DNA of 64,000 bases. It comes from a virus. Within the stretch, counting starts at the first letter, position 1, and each line of letters starts with the position of its first letter. The stretch lies in the IMG/VR virus record IMGVR_UViG_3300026290_000001, one strand, 5' to 3'. This document shows, one piece after another, positions 40,743-50,049 of the stretch. A model generated the notes under the pieces. That model saw nothing but the letters and a program-made list of their open reading frames with translations, had not been told where the DNA came from and made no database searches. The position numbers were made by a program, and so were the translations under genes.

Positions 40743-40982
40743 ATGGAATATACGAGCGTAAATAATATCGCAGACGCTACCCATTGGATATCATTGCCTG
40801 ATGCTGATAGTCCAGTCAGAGATTCAATTATTCCCCACAAAACATATAAATTACACAAAATAAAAGATGATATTGATTTTGAAGAATATTATATAATTGA
40901 TGAAAATAATAATTATGCTATGACATATATTTGTCATAAAGGAATGTTTGTAAAAGAAAGGATAATTAATGAAAATCCCTAA
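40743..40982 (+). CDS. hypothetical protein
   Basis: RBS GGGAGG then ATG. Confidence 0.4.
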   Translation: MEYTSVNNIADATHWISLPDADSPVRDSIIPHKTYKLHKIKDDIDFEEYYIIDENNNYAMTYICHKGMFVKERIINENP

Positions 40983-41274
40983 AACTATAAAAATTGGCTG
41001 GAGAATTTATGAAGTAAAATTTATTGATGAAGAAATTAGAGATAAGAATGGTGATTTACTAGATGGGCAAATCGACTTCAATAATCATATTATCTATATC
41101 GATAATGGCATGATATATGAAGATGAAAGAATAGTTACATTTTTACATGAAGTTGTGCATGGAATATTCCATAGTTACTGCAATTCAAAGTGGAATGATG
41201 ATGAAGATTTAGTGGAGTGTGTTGCAGAAGGGATATTCCAATTGATTAAAGATAATCCTAATTTATTTAAATGA
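40969..41274 (+). CDS. small HExxH metallopeptidase-like protein
   Basis: HEVVH motif. Confidence 0.4.
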   Translation: MKIPKTIKIGWRIYEVKFIDEEIRDKNGDLLDGQIDFNNHIIYIDNGMIYEDERIVTFLHEVVHGIFHSYCNSKWNDDEDLVECVAEGIFQLIKDNPNLFK

Positions 41275-41290
41275 GAAAGGAAATATAAAT

Positions 41291-41554
41291 ATGGATAATA
41301 TAATTAAACAAATACGTAAAATTATTGGAAATAATGATTCTAGTCATATACAAGTTAATATTGGTATTAATGAGATATGGTTTAATATCTATGAATCGGA
41401 AGTATTGATAACTATTGATACAAAAAAGAAAGAAATTTACGTTGACTGTGAATTATCAAACCATCATTTAACTAGCAGTATGTTATACGAATTATATATG
41501 ATTACTGAATTATTAGAAACTAAATGGGATGTGTTTGAGGAATTATTAAAATAG
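41291..41554 (+). CDS. hypothetical protein
   Basis: RBS GAAAGGAAA then ATG. Confidence 0.4.
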   Translation: MDNIIKQIRKIIGNNDSSHIQVNIGINEIWFNIYESEVLITIDTKKKEIYVDCELSNHHLTSSMLYELYMITELLETKWDVFEELLK

Positions 41555-41568
41555 AAAGGAAAGGTAAA

Positions 41569-42240
41569 TTGATTAAAGTAGAAAATATAGAAGTGTTCAA
41601 TTTTCAAGGGGCTTTAAGGGGCATGCGGAATCCTTTAGAATCTTGGGATAAATCAGATAGTTATTGGAATGACACTACTATTGAAAGTGTCAAAGATTTC
41701 ATCATTGGTGAAAAAGATATGACACTTGCTTTAAAACTTATTAAAGCAGGAAATGAACATGCAAAATTCATGCGTCAAATTTTTGTCTCAATGGATATTA
41801 CTGCGCCTTTATATTGGTGGAAGGAAGCAGACACATATAAAATTTCTACAGTAGCAAACAGTACATCCACTATGCACAAAATGGGCAGCAGACCATTAAT
41901 TTATGAAGATTTTTCTTGGGATAAATTCTTTGAAACAAATTTAGGTAATATTACTGATGAATATATCTACAACTCAATTGAAAAATACCGACAGGATACT
42001 TTATCTCACTTAAACGAATTGATAGAAATATGGCAGGAACGAAGAGATAAGAAAATATGGCTGGCAATAATTCAAAACTTACCTTCTTCGTTTAATCAAA
42101 TGAGAACTTGGACTGGTAATTATCAAGTATTAAGAAATATGTATTTTCAGAGACGTAATCACAAGTTAAAGGAGTGGAAAGATTTTTGTAAGGTGATTGA
42201 GGAGTTACCTTATAGTGAATTGATTATAGTGGAAAAATAA
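41569..42240 (+). CDS. hypothetical protein in the nucleotide-metabolism cluster
   Basis: 223-aa ORF after AAAGGAAAGG; no motif I can name. Confidence 0.45.
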   Translation: MIKVENIEVFNFQGALRGMRNPLESWDKSDSYWNDTTIESVKDFIIGEKDMTLALKLIKAGNEHAKFMRQIFVSMDITAPLYWWKEADTYKISTVANSTSTMHKMGSRPLIYEDFSWDKFFETNLGNITDEYIYNSIEKYRQDTLSHLNELIEIWQERRDKKIWLAIIQNLPSSFNQMRTWTGNYQVLRNMYFQRRNHKLKEWKDFCKVIEELPYSELIIVEK

Positions 42241-42257
42241 AAAGAAAGGAAGAATAT

Positions 42258-42788
42258 ATGAAAATAATAAATATATCGGGCAAGGCGCAACACGGGAAGG
42301 ACACAACGGCATTAATTTTAAAAAAGAAATTAGAATCAAAAAATAAAAAAGTTATAATAACTCACTATGCAGACCTACTCAAATATGAAGCAAAACAATT
42401 TTTTAATTGGGACGGAAATAAAGATGAAAAAGGTAGACAAATACTTCAGTATATGGGTACTGATGTAATAAGAAAAATAAATCCTGATTATTGGGTTAAT
42501 TTCATTAAAGAATTTATGTCAATGTTTGAAAATGAATGGGATTATGTAATAATTCCTGATTGCAGGTTCCCCAATGAGATTGAAGTGTGGGGCATTGATA
42601 ATTGGCCTAATGTATCGGTTAGAATTATTAGAGATAATTTTATTAGTAATCTCACTCCTGAACAATTAAATCATCCATCTGAAACTGCTTTAGATGATTA
42701 TGAATTTGATTATTACATATTTAATTCTGATGATATAAATTATTTAAATAAAGAAGTAGATTATTTAGTTGAATGGCTGGAGGTATAA
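42258..42788 (+). CDS. deoxynucleoside monophosphate kinase-like P-loop protein
   Basis: P-loop ISGKAQHGKDT. Confidence 0.55.
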   Translation: MKIINISGKAQHGKDTTALILKKKLESKNKKVIITHYADLLKYEAKQFFNWDGNKDEKGRQILQYMGTDVIRKINPDYWVNFIKEFMSMFENEWDYVIIPDCRFPNEIEVWGIDNWPNVSVRIIRDNFISNLTPEQLNHPSETALDDYEFDYYIFNSDDINYLNKEVDYLVEWLEV

Positions 42789-43346
42789 ATGAAAAGAAAG
42801 TTTTTTATTGATTTTGATAATACAATTATAGATACAACCAACGCTTTCTGCGCAGTTTATAATGAGCTTTATTGCGATCATCCTAATTTTAAAACAGCAG
42901 AACCAGATCAAGTTAAGGTTTACAATTTTTCTGACGAATGTCCTTTAGTTACAAATGTAGAAGAAATTTTTACTCATCCATTATTCTTTCAATTTGCAGA
43001 ATTTATAAATCACAATACATATGAAACTCTAGAAAAATTAAACAATAAATATCAACTTATAGTATGTTCAATAGGTTGGCCTAAAAACTTAGCATACAAG
43101 GCACGTTGGTTGGAAGAAAAACTACCTTTTATTAAAGACTATGTTCTAATCAGTAATCCTACATGCAAAATGAATAAGAGCATTGTAAATATGGAAGGTG
43201 CAATATTTTTGGACGATATACCGTCAAACTTATATAGTTCAAATGCTGAAAGAAAGATATTATTTGGTAAGAGATATATTTGGAATAAAGAATGGGATGG
43301 AGAATGGGTAAGAAGTTGGAGTGAAGTTGAAGGAAGGTTTTTGTAG
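42789..43346 (+). CDS. HAD-family 5'(3')-deoxyribonucleotidase-like protein
   Basis: N-terminal DxDxT motif FFIDFDNTIID. Confidence 0.55.
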   Translation: MKRKFFIDFDNTIIDTTNAFCAVYNELYCDHPNFKTAEPDQVKVYNFSDECPLVTNVEEIFTHPLFFQFAEFINHNTYETLEKLNNKYQLIVCSIGWPKNLAYKARWLEEKLPFIKDYVLISNPTCKMNKSIVNMEGAIFLDDIPSNLYSSNAERKILFGKRYIWNKEWDGEWVRSWSEVEGRFL

Positions 43347-43398
43347 AAGAATTAAAATAGTAATATAAATATATGTTTATATAATAAACATTATTTAA

Positions 43399-43734
43399 GA
43401 TTTAGTTAAATTTAGTTATAGGACAATCATAGGTGTTCATAAGTTTATATGGGAAAATGGTGAACCATATAGACCAAATTATTTAAGTGATTTATTTAAA
43501 AAGACAGTTACTGATAATAATTTACCACCAATAAGACTGCATGATTTAAGACATACATTCGCAAGTGTAGCAAATGAATTAGGAGTTGGATTATATGATA
43601 TTAGCAAAGCATTAGGTCATAGTCAAATAGGTACTACTAGCGAAATATACACACATATGTTTGATAAGACCCATAAGAAAACCATTAGTAAAGTTGCCGA
43701 TGCCTTTAAAGAAACAGAAAAAAATAAGGAATGA
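43399..43734 (+). pseudogene. C-terminal remnant of a tyrosine recombinase (integrase) lacking a start codon
   Basis: In-frame RLHDLRHTFAS … LGHSQIGTTSEIYTH (HxxR … Y catalytic region); frame opens after TAA at 43396 with no ATG/GTG/TTG for a full-length product. Confidence 0.55.
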
Positions 43735-43792
43735 TATTTCTACCATTCCTTACATTCTTTATACATTTTTTAAAGTTATCCACAGGCTACAA

Positions 43793-43853
43793 ATCCCAAT
43801 ATATAGGCATTTGTTTTTCTGAAAATCATGATAAAAACCTTATTTGGTTCAAA
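43793..43853 (+). promoter_or_regulatory. copy of the repeated module in plus orientation with no plus-strand gene downstream
   Basis: ATCCCAATATATAGG, AAAATCATGATAAAAAC, TTTGGTTCAAA; abuts the stop of minus-strand ORF 43857..44216. Confidence 0.3.
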
Positions 43854-43856
43854 TTA

Positions 43857-44216
43857 TTATCTAACTTGTTCTTTCCATGCATTTCCAAATTGCTTTTTCA
43901 ATGTTTTTAAAGACGATTCAATTAAAATTTGAATTTCACTTTCAGTTAAAGCAATACCTTTTTTATTCAACATTTCCGATAAAGCAATAAATGCTTCTCT
44001 ATATTTAGTTTGACCATCAACATCTTTAAAACTCTTTTGAACATATAAAACTGCAAGTCTAGCTAATTCTTGATTAGTCTGAATTTCATGATCAATCTTT
44101 TTAAGATTCTCTATACCTAATTTTTTCTTTAAAAGTGCAATTATAAAATATGAAAAAATCAATCCTATGATATACATAATATTTAAAAATAATTCACTAA
44201 TGATTTGATTATCCAT
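43857..44216 (-). CDS. membrane-anchored protein at the end of the lysis cassette (holin-like)
   Basis: Single N-terminal TM segment then charged domain; directly downstream of the endolysin. Confidence 0.4.
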   Translation of the reverse strand: MDNQIISELFLNIMYIIGLIFSYFIIALLKKKLGIENLKKIDHEIQTNQELARLAVLYVQKSFKDVDGQTKYREAFIALSEMLNKKGIALTESEIQILIESSLKTLKKQFGNAWKEQVR

Positions 44217-44236
44217 ATGTAACCTCCCTCTACCCT

Positions 44237-44953
44237 CTACTTCTTCAATTCTTTAAGTAAATATTCAACGGCATTATCAATTAAAACAGCACATTCTATT
44301 CGTGTAATACTACTATTAGGATCTAAAATCCCATCGCCTTTACCAGAAAGTATTTTCTTCTCATATAATCTATCTGCACTTTTTGCTCCCCAATGATCTT
44401 TAGGCAAGTCTTTAAAATACTTTGACATTTCTTCAATCACCTTACCTTTCAACAATTCCTTCTGAACTTCATTTTTAAATTTATCCCATGTCCAACCTAA
44501 ATGACCTGCTCTTATTAAACGTGGACAATTTTTTCCATTCCAATCCCAATGCTGTCTTAATGATTCTACATTTTTATTTTTAGATTTTAATAATTCTGCC
44601 ACAAGTAAAACTGCATTTTCTAATGTTTTTTGGTAATTCCCACTTTCACATATTTCAATTCCTATACTACGTCTATTACCAGCACCACTTCCTCCATCTC
44701 CTGCGTGCCAAGCATTTTCAAATAAAGGAATACATTCAATTGCTTGTTTTTCATCAATGGCAATATGATAACCTGTAGAAGATGTATTTGAAGGATTGGT
44801 TAAATAATCTCTTTCATTTCTTGCAGTAGATTTTGAATTCCCTGTGTTGTGAATAGTAATATATTCCCAATCCATTTTATATTTTGGACGTTTATTAGAA
44901 TTCATAGGAATGTGATCTATTACATAAGGAAAAGGTAAATTAAATTTACTCAT
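44237..44953 (-). CDS. endolysin: N-acetylmuramoyl-L-alanine amidase (Amidase_2/PGRP) with C-terminal SLH-like domain
   Basis: ITIHNTGN … HIAIDE … AWHAGDG … CPRL; C-terminal GKGDGILDPNSSITRIECAVL. Confidence 0.8.
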   Translation of the reverse strand: MSKFNLPFPYVIDHIPMNSNKRPKYKMDWEYITIHNTGNSKSTARNERDYLTNPSNTSSTGYHIAIDEKQAIECIPLFENAWHAGDGGSGAGNRRSIGIEICESGNYQKTLENAVLLVAELLKSKNKNVESLRQHWDWNGKNCPRLIRAGHLGWTWDKFKNEVQKELLKGKVIEEMSKYFKDLPKDHWGAKSADRLYEKKILSGKGDGILDPNSSITRIECAVLIDNAVEYLLKELKK

Positions 44954-45217
44954 TTATTTTTCACCACCTTTAACTAATCTCTCAATAAAGTCCGTTCCAG
45001 CATATCCAACGGTAATAAAAACTATCATTATCAACTTGCTTGTTTCAACACCTAGTAAGGCAATAGCAGTTATAGTCCCAATAGCACAACTTACCAATAA
45101 ACTTATAAATATTTGAGGTAAACTTTTATTGTTATTTACAACCATTCGTAAGACTTGACCTGCCATTCCTAAGATTGCACCTAGCAAAATAAATGATTGA
45201 ACTTCAAAAATATTCAA
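44954..45217 (-). CDS. holin
   Basis: 87 aa, two to three TM segments, charged C-terminus, immediately upstream of the endolysin. Confidence 0.55.
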   Translation of the reverse strand: MNIFEVQSFILLGAILGMAGQVLRMVVNNNKSLPQIFISLLVSCAIGTITAIALLGVETSKLIMIVFITVGYAGTDFIERLVKGGEK

Positions 45218-45239
45218 TTTACCACCTCAGAATTAAAAA

Positions 45240-45536
45240 TTAAATACTAGGAATATTGTCATTATCATCCAAAGTATTTATATCATTTATATTATTACTA
45301 TAATCAGGTTTATCAGGCCAAGTATTATGTTTACTTAAATTTTCAAATAATGATTTTACACAATAAATTAATGTCACTCCGATTATTTGAATGACGATTT
45401 TTTCTGAAAGATTTTCAGCAATTTGTTCTCTTCCTAGAAAGGCCAATAAATAAGAAAGATAAACCCAAATTACGCTGTTAATCATTAATAAATAAACTAT
45501 TCTTTTGCTAAATTCATCTATGTTAAATATTTTCAT
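45240..45536 (-). CDS. hypothetical membrane protein
   Basis: Hydrophobic segments. Confidence 0.4.
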   Translation of the reverse strand: MKIFNIDEFSKRIVYLLMINSVIWVYLSYLLAFLGREQIAENLSEKIVIQIIGVTLIYCVKSLFENLSKHNTWPDKPDYSNNINDINTLDDNDNIPSI

Positions 45537-45547
45537 AACTCACCTTC

Positions 45548-45772
45548 TCACAAACGTATTTGTTGATGACAACTTGGACAATGTTCAATAGGTGAAGCAG
45601 GATAAGTTATTATATAATAAATAACCCATAAAATTACTAATAACCAAAACAATGGAGAACGAATAATAGTTGATAATATATTCCAAACTAAAAACAAGAT
45701 ACCTTGAATAAAAGATGTAGTTATATCTGTTATGTTATTAAAAAATATATCTACTTTGTTTTTATATTTCAT
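45548..45772 (-). CDS. hypothetical membrane protein
   Basis: Two TM segments; C-terminal CPSCH. Confidence 0.4.
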   Translation of the reverse strand: MKYKNKVDIFFNNITDITTSFIQGILFLVWNILSTIIRSPLFWLLVILWVIYYIITYPASPIEHCPSCHQQIRL

Positions 45773-45779
45773 AATCTAC

Positions 45780-46361
45780 CTACTTTAAAACCATACTTAT
45801 CACTGCACCAAATCCCATAGACATTGCAATTATAAATAAATTCTTTAAAATATCTGATAATTTTATTTTATTATCACCACTTACTTCATCAATCTTCTTG
45901 CTTAATTTCTCCACACTAACTTCTGTACTGTTCATTCTATTGCTTAGTACGTCTAATGAATTACTGATCTTCGCTTGATTTTCACTAATTTCAGCAATCA
46001 ATTTATCTCTTTTAATTCCGTCTTCTCTCTGTAATTTTGTGAGCAATTGGAGTTCGGACAAAACACTTGTAATATCATATATTTTGTTTGTTTGGCTTTC
46101 CAAATCATCTATACGGTGATTTGCCACCTTTATTTTTTCATCAACATTCTTAAATACTTCGGCACAAATTTTTGGTTGTTCACATTCTTGATTTATGACC
46201 AATTCACAACACCATCCAATCTTTGTATTCATTCCTCCTTTGCGGTATAATGGGTACAAGGTAATTAATTTGACCGCAAAATTAATTACCATAACGAATA
46301 AGGCAGGATACCTATTTTTATCCTGCCTTATTTTTATTTTATTAAATTTAAAAAATCTCAA
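45780..46361 (-). CDS. coiled-coil protein with C-terminal membrane anchor
   Basis: Heptad-rich middle; C-terminal hydrophobic IIAMSMGFGAVISMVL. Confidence 0.45.
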   Translation of the reverse strand: MRFFKFNKIKIRQDKNRYPALFVMVINFAVKLITLYPLYRKGGMNTKIGWCCELVINQECEQPKICAEVFKNVDEKIKVANHRIDDLESQTNKIYDITSVLSELQLLTKLQREDGIKRDKLIAEISENQAKISNSLDVLSNRMNSTEVSVEKLSKKIDEVSGDNKIKLSDILKNLFIIAMSMGFGAVISMVLK

Positions 46362-46377
46362 AAAATCATTTTTAAGA

Positions 46378-46442
46378 ATCCCAATATATAGGGATTTCTA
46401 AACCCGAAAATTTGAACCAAATTAAAGATTTGTTATGATACA
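46378..46442 (-). promoter_or_regulatory. copy of the repeated module in minus orientation upstream of 45780..46361
   Basis: ATCCCAATATATAGGGAT hairpin and TTTGAACCAAA (reverse complement of TTTGGTTCAAA). Confidence 0.3.
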
Positions 46443-46456
46443 AAATAAAAACATAA

Positions 46457-47461
46457 TTATTGATAGAAATATTGAGTATAACTTTGTTGCTTGTGTTCAA
46501 ACGTTTGTTTTGCGTAAATGCCCGTAGTTTGAATATCATCATGACCTAAAAGTTCTTGTAATACCGACATTGGACAACCGTTATTTAGCATCAAGGTTGC
46601 GAAAGTATGTCTGAGCATATGGGGATGAGTTCTCTTGTCAAGCCCTGCACGTTTACCTATTGCTGCTATTTCTCGTTGAATACCTCGATTGCTTAATCTT
46701 CTATATTCCTGCCGTTCTGTTACAAATAATGCTTCACAGTCATCCTTACGACTTTCAAGATATTTTTTAAGGTAAATTGCAGCTCTAGCAGAATAGAATA
46801 CAATTCGCTCTTTGTTTCCTTTGCCTAATACCTTAATCGTCCGATTTGATTGTCCTATATCATCTTTATTTAGTGCCGATATTTCAGATAATCGACAACC
46901 TGTTGAATACATAATTTCAGTTAATGCTTTTTCTCGCAAAGTGAAACAACTTTCACGGAATAGTTCCAATTCTTCAATTGTTAATGCCTTTGCCATTGCT
47001 TTTCCCACTTTATAAGGTTTAATTCTAATCATCGGATTTTCTTCAATAATCTGTTCCTCACAAAGCCATTCAAAGAAACTGCGAAGTACTGAGCGAATTG
47101 TCTCAACAGTACTTTTAGCATTTACTGTTGGGTCGCTTTCCCGATCATCCAGATAGTTAATTATGTCCTGCTTGGTTATTTCATTTACTGGTTTTTCTTC
47201 GGTTCTATCGGTAAATATTTTAAGATGAAGTCGATAATTATCAATAGTTATTGGACTTAATCCTTGCCGTTTTTTATCCTTCAAAAACAGTTTTATGTTT
47301 TTCCGCAAATTATAATATTCTGGATCGCTGTTTTGTTTTATAACTCTGTATTCATCAAGAATGGAGGCTAATTGATTTTTAGCCTCCATCTTATTCATGC
47401 CTTTTTCTATGATTCCATCTACAATTTTAGCATATAGCTCATAATTGAGATTAGGGTGCAT
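46457..47461 (-). CDS. tyrosine site-specific recombinase (integrase), XerC/D-like
   Basis: Catalytic signature RLSE … HPHMLRHTFAT … LGHDDIQTTGIYA; 334 aa. Confidence 0.85.
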   Translation of the reverse strand: MHPNLNYELYAKIVDGIIEKGMNKMEAKNQLASILDEYRVIKQNSDPEYYNLRKNIKLFLKDKKRQGLSPITIDNYRLHLKIFTDRTEEKPVNEITKQDIINYLDDRESDPTVNAKSTVETIRSVLRSFFEWLCEEQIIEENPMIRIKPYKVGKAMAKALTIEELELFRESCFTLREKALTEIMYSTGCRLSEISALNKDDIGQSNRTIKVLGKGNKERIVFYSARAAIYLKKYLESRKDDCEALFVTERQEYRRLSNRGIQREIAAIGKRAGLDKRTHPHMLRHTFATLMLNNGCPMSVLQELLGHDDIQTTGIYAKQTFEHKQQSYTQYFYQ

Positions 47462-47729
47462 AGAATACCTCCTTTTATTTAGTTGTTACTGAAGGTTCAT
47501 AGTCTACTGCGAAGTAACTTCTTAATACACATTTGCGAAGTCAGAAAACTTTTTAACCAATATCAAACAACCCCGACAATTTCTCTAACTTTTTCCCTAT
47601 ACATATTAGGCACAAAATCAATTATAATTCGCCCACTTTCTACTGCATATACCCACATTCCTAATATAGCTTCACTCATATCATTCATCTCCTTTTAGAT
47701 TAAACAATTCGGTTCTTAACATATCGATT

Positions 47730-47962
47730 TCAGCCATCATCAAAGTGAGTAGAAGTGCTATTCCTTCTGCATCTTCGTTGAAAGCCAACTTCGATATAGT
47801 CATTCTTGTTGAACACTTGCTCATCATATTCCCAACCACTAAACCCCTTCATGGCGTCAATATCTTCTTCCTCAATTCGCACTATATTCGTCCGAACATA
47901 GACTGTATCAGCATTCACTTCAATGGGCTTAACTGTTTCCTGTGTCCCTCTTATTCTCACGC
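47730..47962 (-). CDS. small hypothetical protein
   Basis: GTG 47960 after AAAGAGGTGA; composition differs from the flanking AT-rich DNA. Confidence 0.3.
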
Positions 47963-48035
47963 TTTATCACCTCTTTATAGTATTTTCCTTGATAGGCTTC
48001 TATTCGACCCATTCGACCAATTACCACTGTTATTA

Positions 48036-49187
48036 TTAAAAATACACGAGGCGAGCGCCGATAACCGAATACTTTTCAGACTCCGAATAACCCACATGCA
48101 GCCGAAACGCCCCCGCCTTATCCGCAGCCGACCAATCACCACCGAAACGCGGCAAGCGCGAAACATTCAGAACCGCGGAATCGGGATAATGCGTGCTTTC
48201 GCTTCCGTTTGCTGTTTTGACGATAAAACCCGTTTCCGTACCACCTTGTATGTCGTCTATGTAACCGACTATATTCGTTGTCGCACCCTGTCCGTAATTT
48301 GTATATCCAGAACCAATATCGTTAAAACTTTCATTGCCGATTAGGATGTTTCGGTCTGCATCACTAAATAATCCGTCAATCCAATAGTAAATATTACCCC
48401 AAAAATCTTCTATGCCACAAAATTTTAATTGTTGTTTTCCTGTAGTTTCACCATAGAACATACCTTTAGCATTTGTAGCACCCGTATTAACTTTGGCACT
48501 ATTCCCATCGACATAACCTCTGCCTAAAGCAGTTTGCCAATCCCTACTCTTAAACATCACCGTACCTAAGACTTGCAACATTAAAAGTTGAAAATAAGCC
48601 ATTTGGTCATAACCACTGCCATTCGCCTGTGCAATAGTTCTAAATGCACCGATAGTTTCATAAGCGGTTGTTATTTTTCCGCTTAAACTTCTTAATTTAG
48701 AACCGTCAGAATATCCTAAATAAGCTGAAATGTAACACTTGGCTTTTTCGGTTGTACCCCTCATATGTGCTAAACATTTATACCCACTATCTACCTTTGC
48801 ATTAGCATATCTTACATACAAGTCAGTCCCAATGGTTTCAAATTTCCACCAAATCTTAGGAAATTCAATCATTACGTCACCATCTGCACCACTTGTAATG
48901 TCTGCATTTGTCCCGTCAATTTTTTTAGTATAATCGTTTGGATTTAGATAGTATTGCACCACTCCATTTTTAAGTAAACATGGTTTAATCTGATTAAATG
49001 GAAACTTGTCTTGCCAACTACCATAAGAAAAATTGCCATTATTTCCTTGGGCTGGAGTAAAACCTATTGCATTATCTGTATAGGCTAAAGCAGTTTCGGG
49101 GTTGCTATTTGTAGTATCAATTTTGATGCCATATATTTTAGGTGGTGATTTTACTGGTTTTCTTTTCCTAATTAATGCCTCACCCAT
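48036..49187 (-). CDS. tail fibre / receptor-binding protein with compositionally distinct (GC-rich) C-terminal domain
   Basis: 383 aa, Gly/Ser/Thr/Asn-rich; last ~100 codons (48040-48330) are 50-60% GC. Confidence 0.5.
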   Translation of the reverse strand: MGEALIRKRKPVKSPPKIYGIKIDTTNSNPETALAYTDNAIGFTPAQGNNGNFSYGSWQDKFPFNQIKPCLLKNGVVQYYLNPNDYTKKIDGTNADITSGADGDVMIEFPKIWWKFETIGTDLYVRYANAKVDSGYKCLAHMRGTTEKAKCYISAYLGYSDGSKLRSLSGKITTAYETIGAFRTIAQANGSGYDQMAYFQLLMLQVLGTVMFKSRDWQTALGRGYVDGNSAKVNTGATNAKGMFYGETTGKQQLKFCGIEDFWGNIYYWIDGLFSDADRNILIGNESFNDIGSGYTNYGQGATTNIVGYIDDIQGGTETGFIVKTANGSESTHYPDSAVLNVSRLPRFGGDWSAADKAGAFRLHVGYSESEKYSVIGARLVYF

Positions 49188-50030
49188 TTACCTCACCACC
49201 TTTAGCTGAATTGGCAAACTAACTTCAGGTTTATCCATCGCATATAATGTTATAGAATTATTAGCAGTTGTTACACGATAAATTTTACCCCACTCATTTA
49301 CTCGTTCTTTATCTGTAGCAAATGTGCCACTCATTACTACGTCAACTATAGGATTGTCATTTGACGATATTCCAGTTACCGTTTGCGTTTTCGTATATGG
49401 GGCTTCTGTACCTGTCCAAGTAGTATCAAGTGTTGTCGTAAGCGTAGCGTGATATACGTGTCCTAATTTACTTATTGTCGCACCATCTGCCAGATGGTTA
49501 GCAAACTTTTTCCCAACCCCACTAACCAAAGGTCTTTTATCGACAATTATATTTACAGTTTTATCCGCATTTGTACTAATAGTACCAATTAATAGACTTC
49601 CATCTGTAATTGTTCCATCTATACTACTAGCAAAATTTCCATCATTTTTAAGATATATAGTATAGGTTATACTGGCCGATACTGGATTAATAGTAAAAGT
49701 TGTATCAGATGTTTTAGTTATAGTATTTATTGTATTTCCACTAAATGTTTCACCAGTACCACTAGCAATAACTATACTTAATGTATCTGTACCACTCGTA
49801 TAAAATGCAGATTTTATTCTAAATGGACTATCCAATTCTAATGAATTTAATAAAAATCTCGCATCTTTCCATGTTGCTCCTAAATCTCTAGGATCAGTAC
49901 CACCTAAAGTAACATTTGCATCATCAGCAACATGGATAATATCTAAACCACTATATTTATTTCTAATTTCTGCTACTTGCTCATCTGTATGTATAGCAAA
50001 TACTTTGCTATTTTTAATTACACAAATCAT
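49188..50030 (-). CDS. tail fibre protein sharing a module with the upstream tailspike
   Basis: Thr/Ser/Asn-rich; ~110-aa segment (TLSIVIASGTGETF…ISTNADK…DKRPLVS) paralogous to 50050..51813. Confidence 0.5.
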   Translation of the reverse strand: MICVIKNSKVFAIHTDEQVAEIRNKYSGLDIIHVADDANVTLGGTDPRDLGATWKDARFLLNSLELDSPFRIKSAFYTSGTDTLSIVIASGTGETFSGNTINTITKTSDTTFTINPVSASITYTIYLKNDGNFASSIDGTITDGSLLIGTISTNADKTVNIIVDKRPLVSGVGKKFANHLADGATISKLGHVYHATLTTTLDTTWTGTEAPYTKTQTVTGISSNDNPIVDVVMSGTFATDKERVNEWGKIYRVTTANNSITLYAMDKPEVSLPIQLKVVR

Positions 50031-50049
50031 AAATTTATATCTCCCTCCT

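Noticed and set aside
47975-48344. Diversity-generating retroelement targeting the GC-rich tail fibre end
   Set aside because: No reverse transcriptase gene in the window, no template-repeat copy of the segment nearby, and the region is not enriched in AAY codons. Horizontal acquisition is the simpler explanation.
47745-48344. Plus-strand ORF of 199 aa (and minus-strand 47975..48166) across the integrase/tail-fibre junction
   Set aside because: It overlaps the 3' end of the minus-strand tail fibre gene, has no RBS, and its product is low-complexity; probably an artefact of the GC-rich segment lacking stops.
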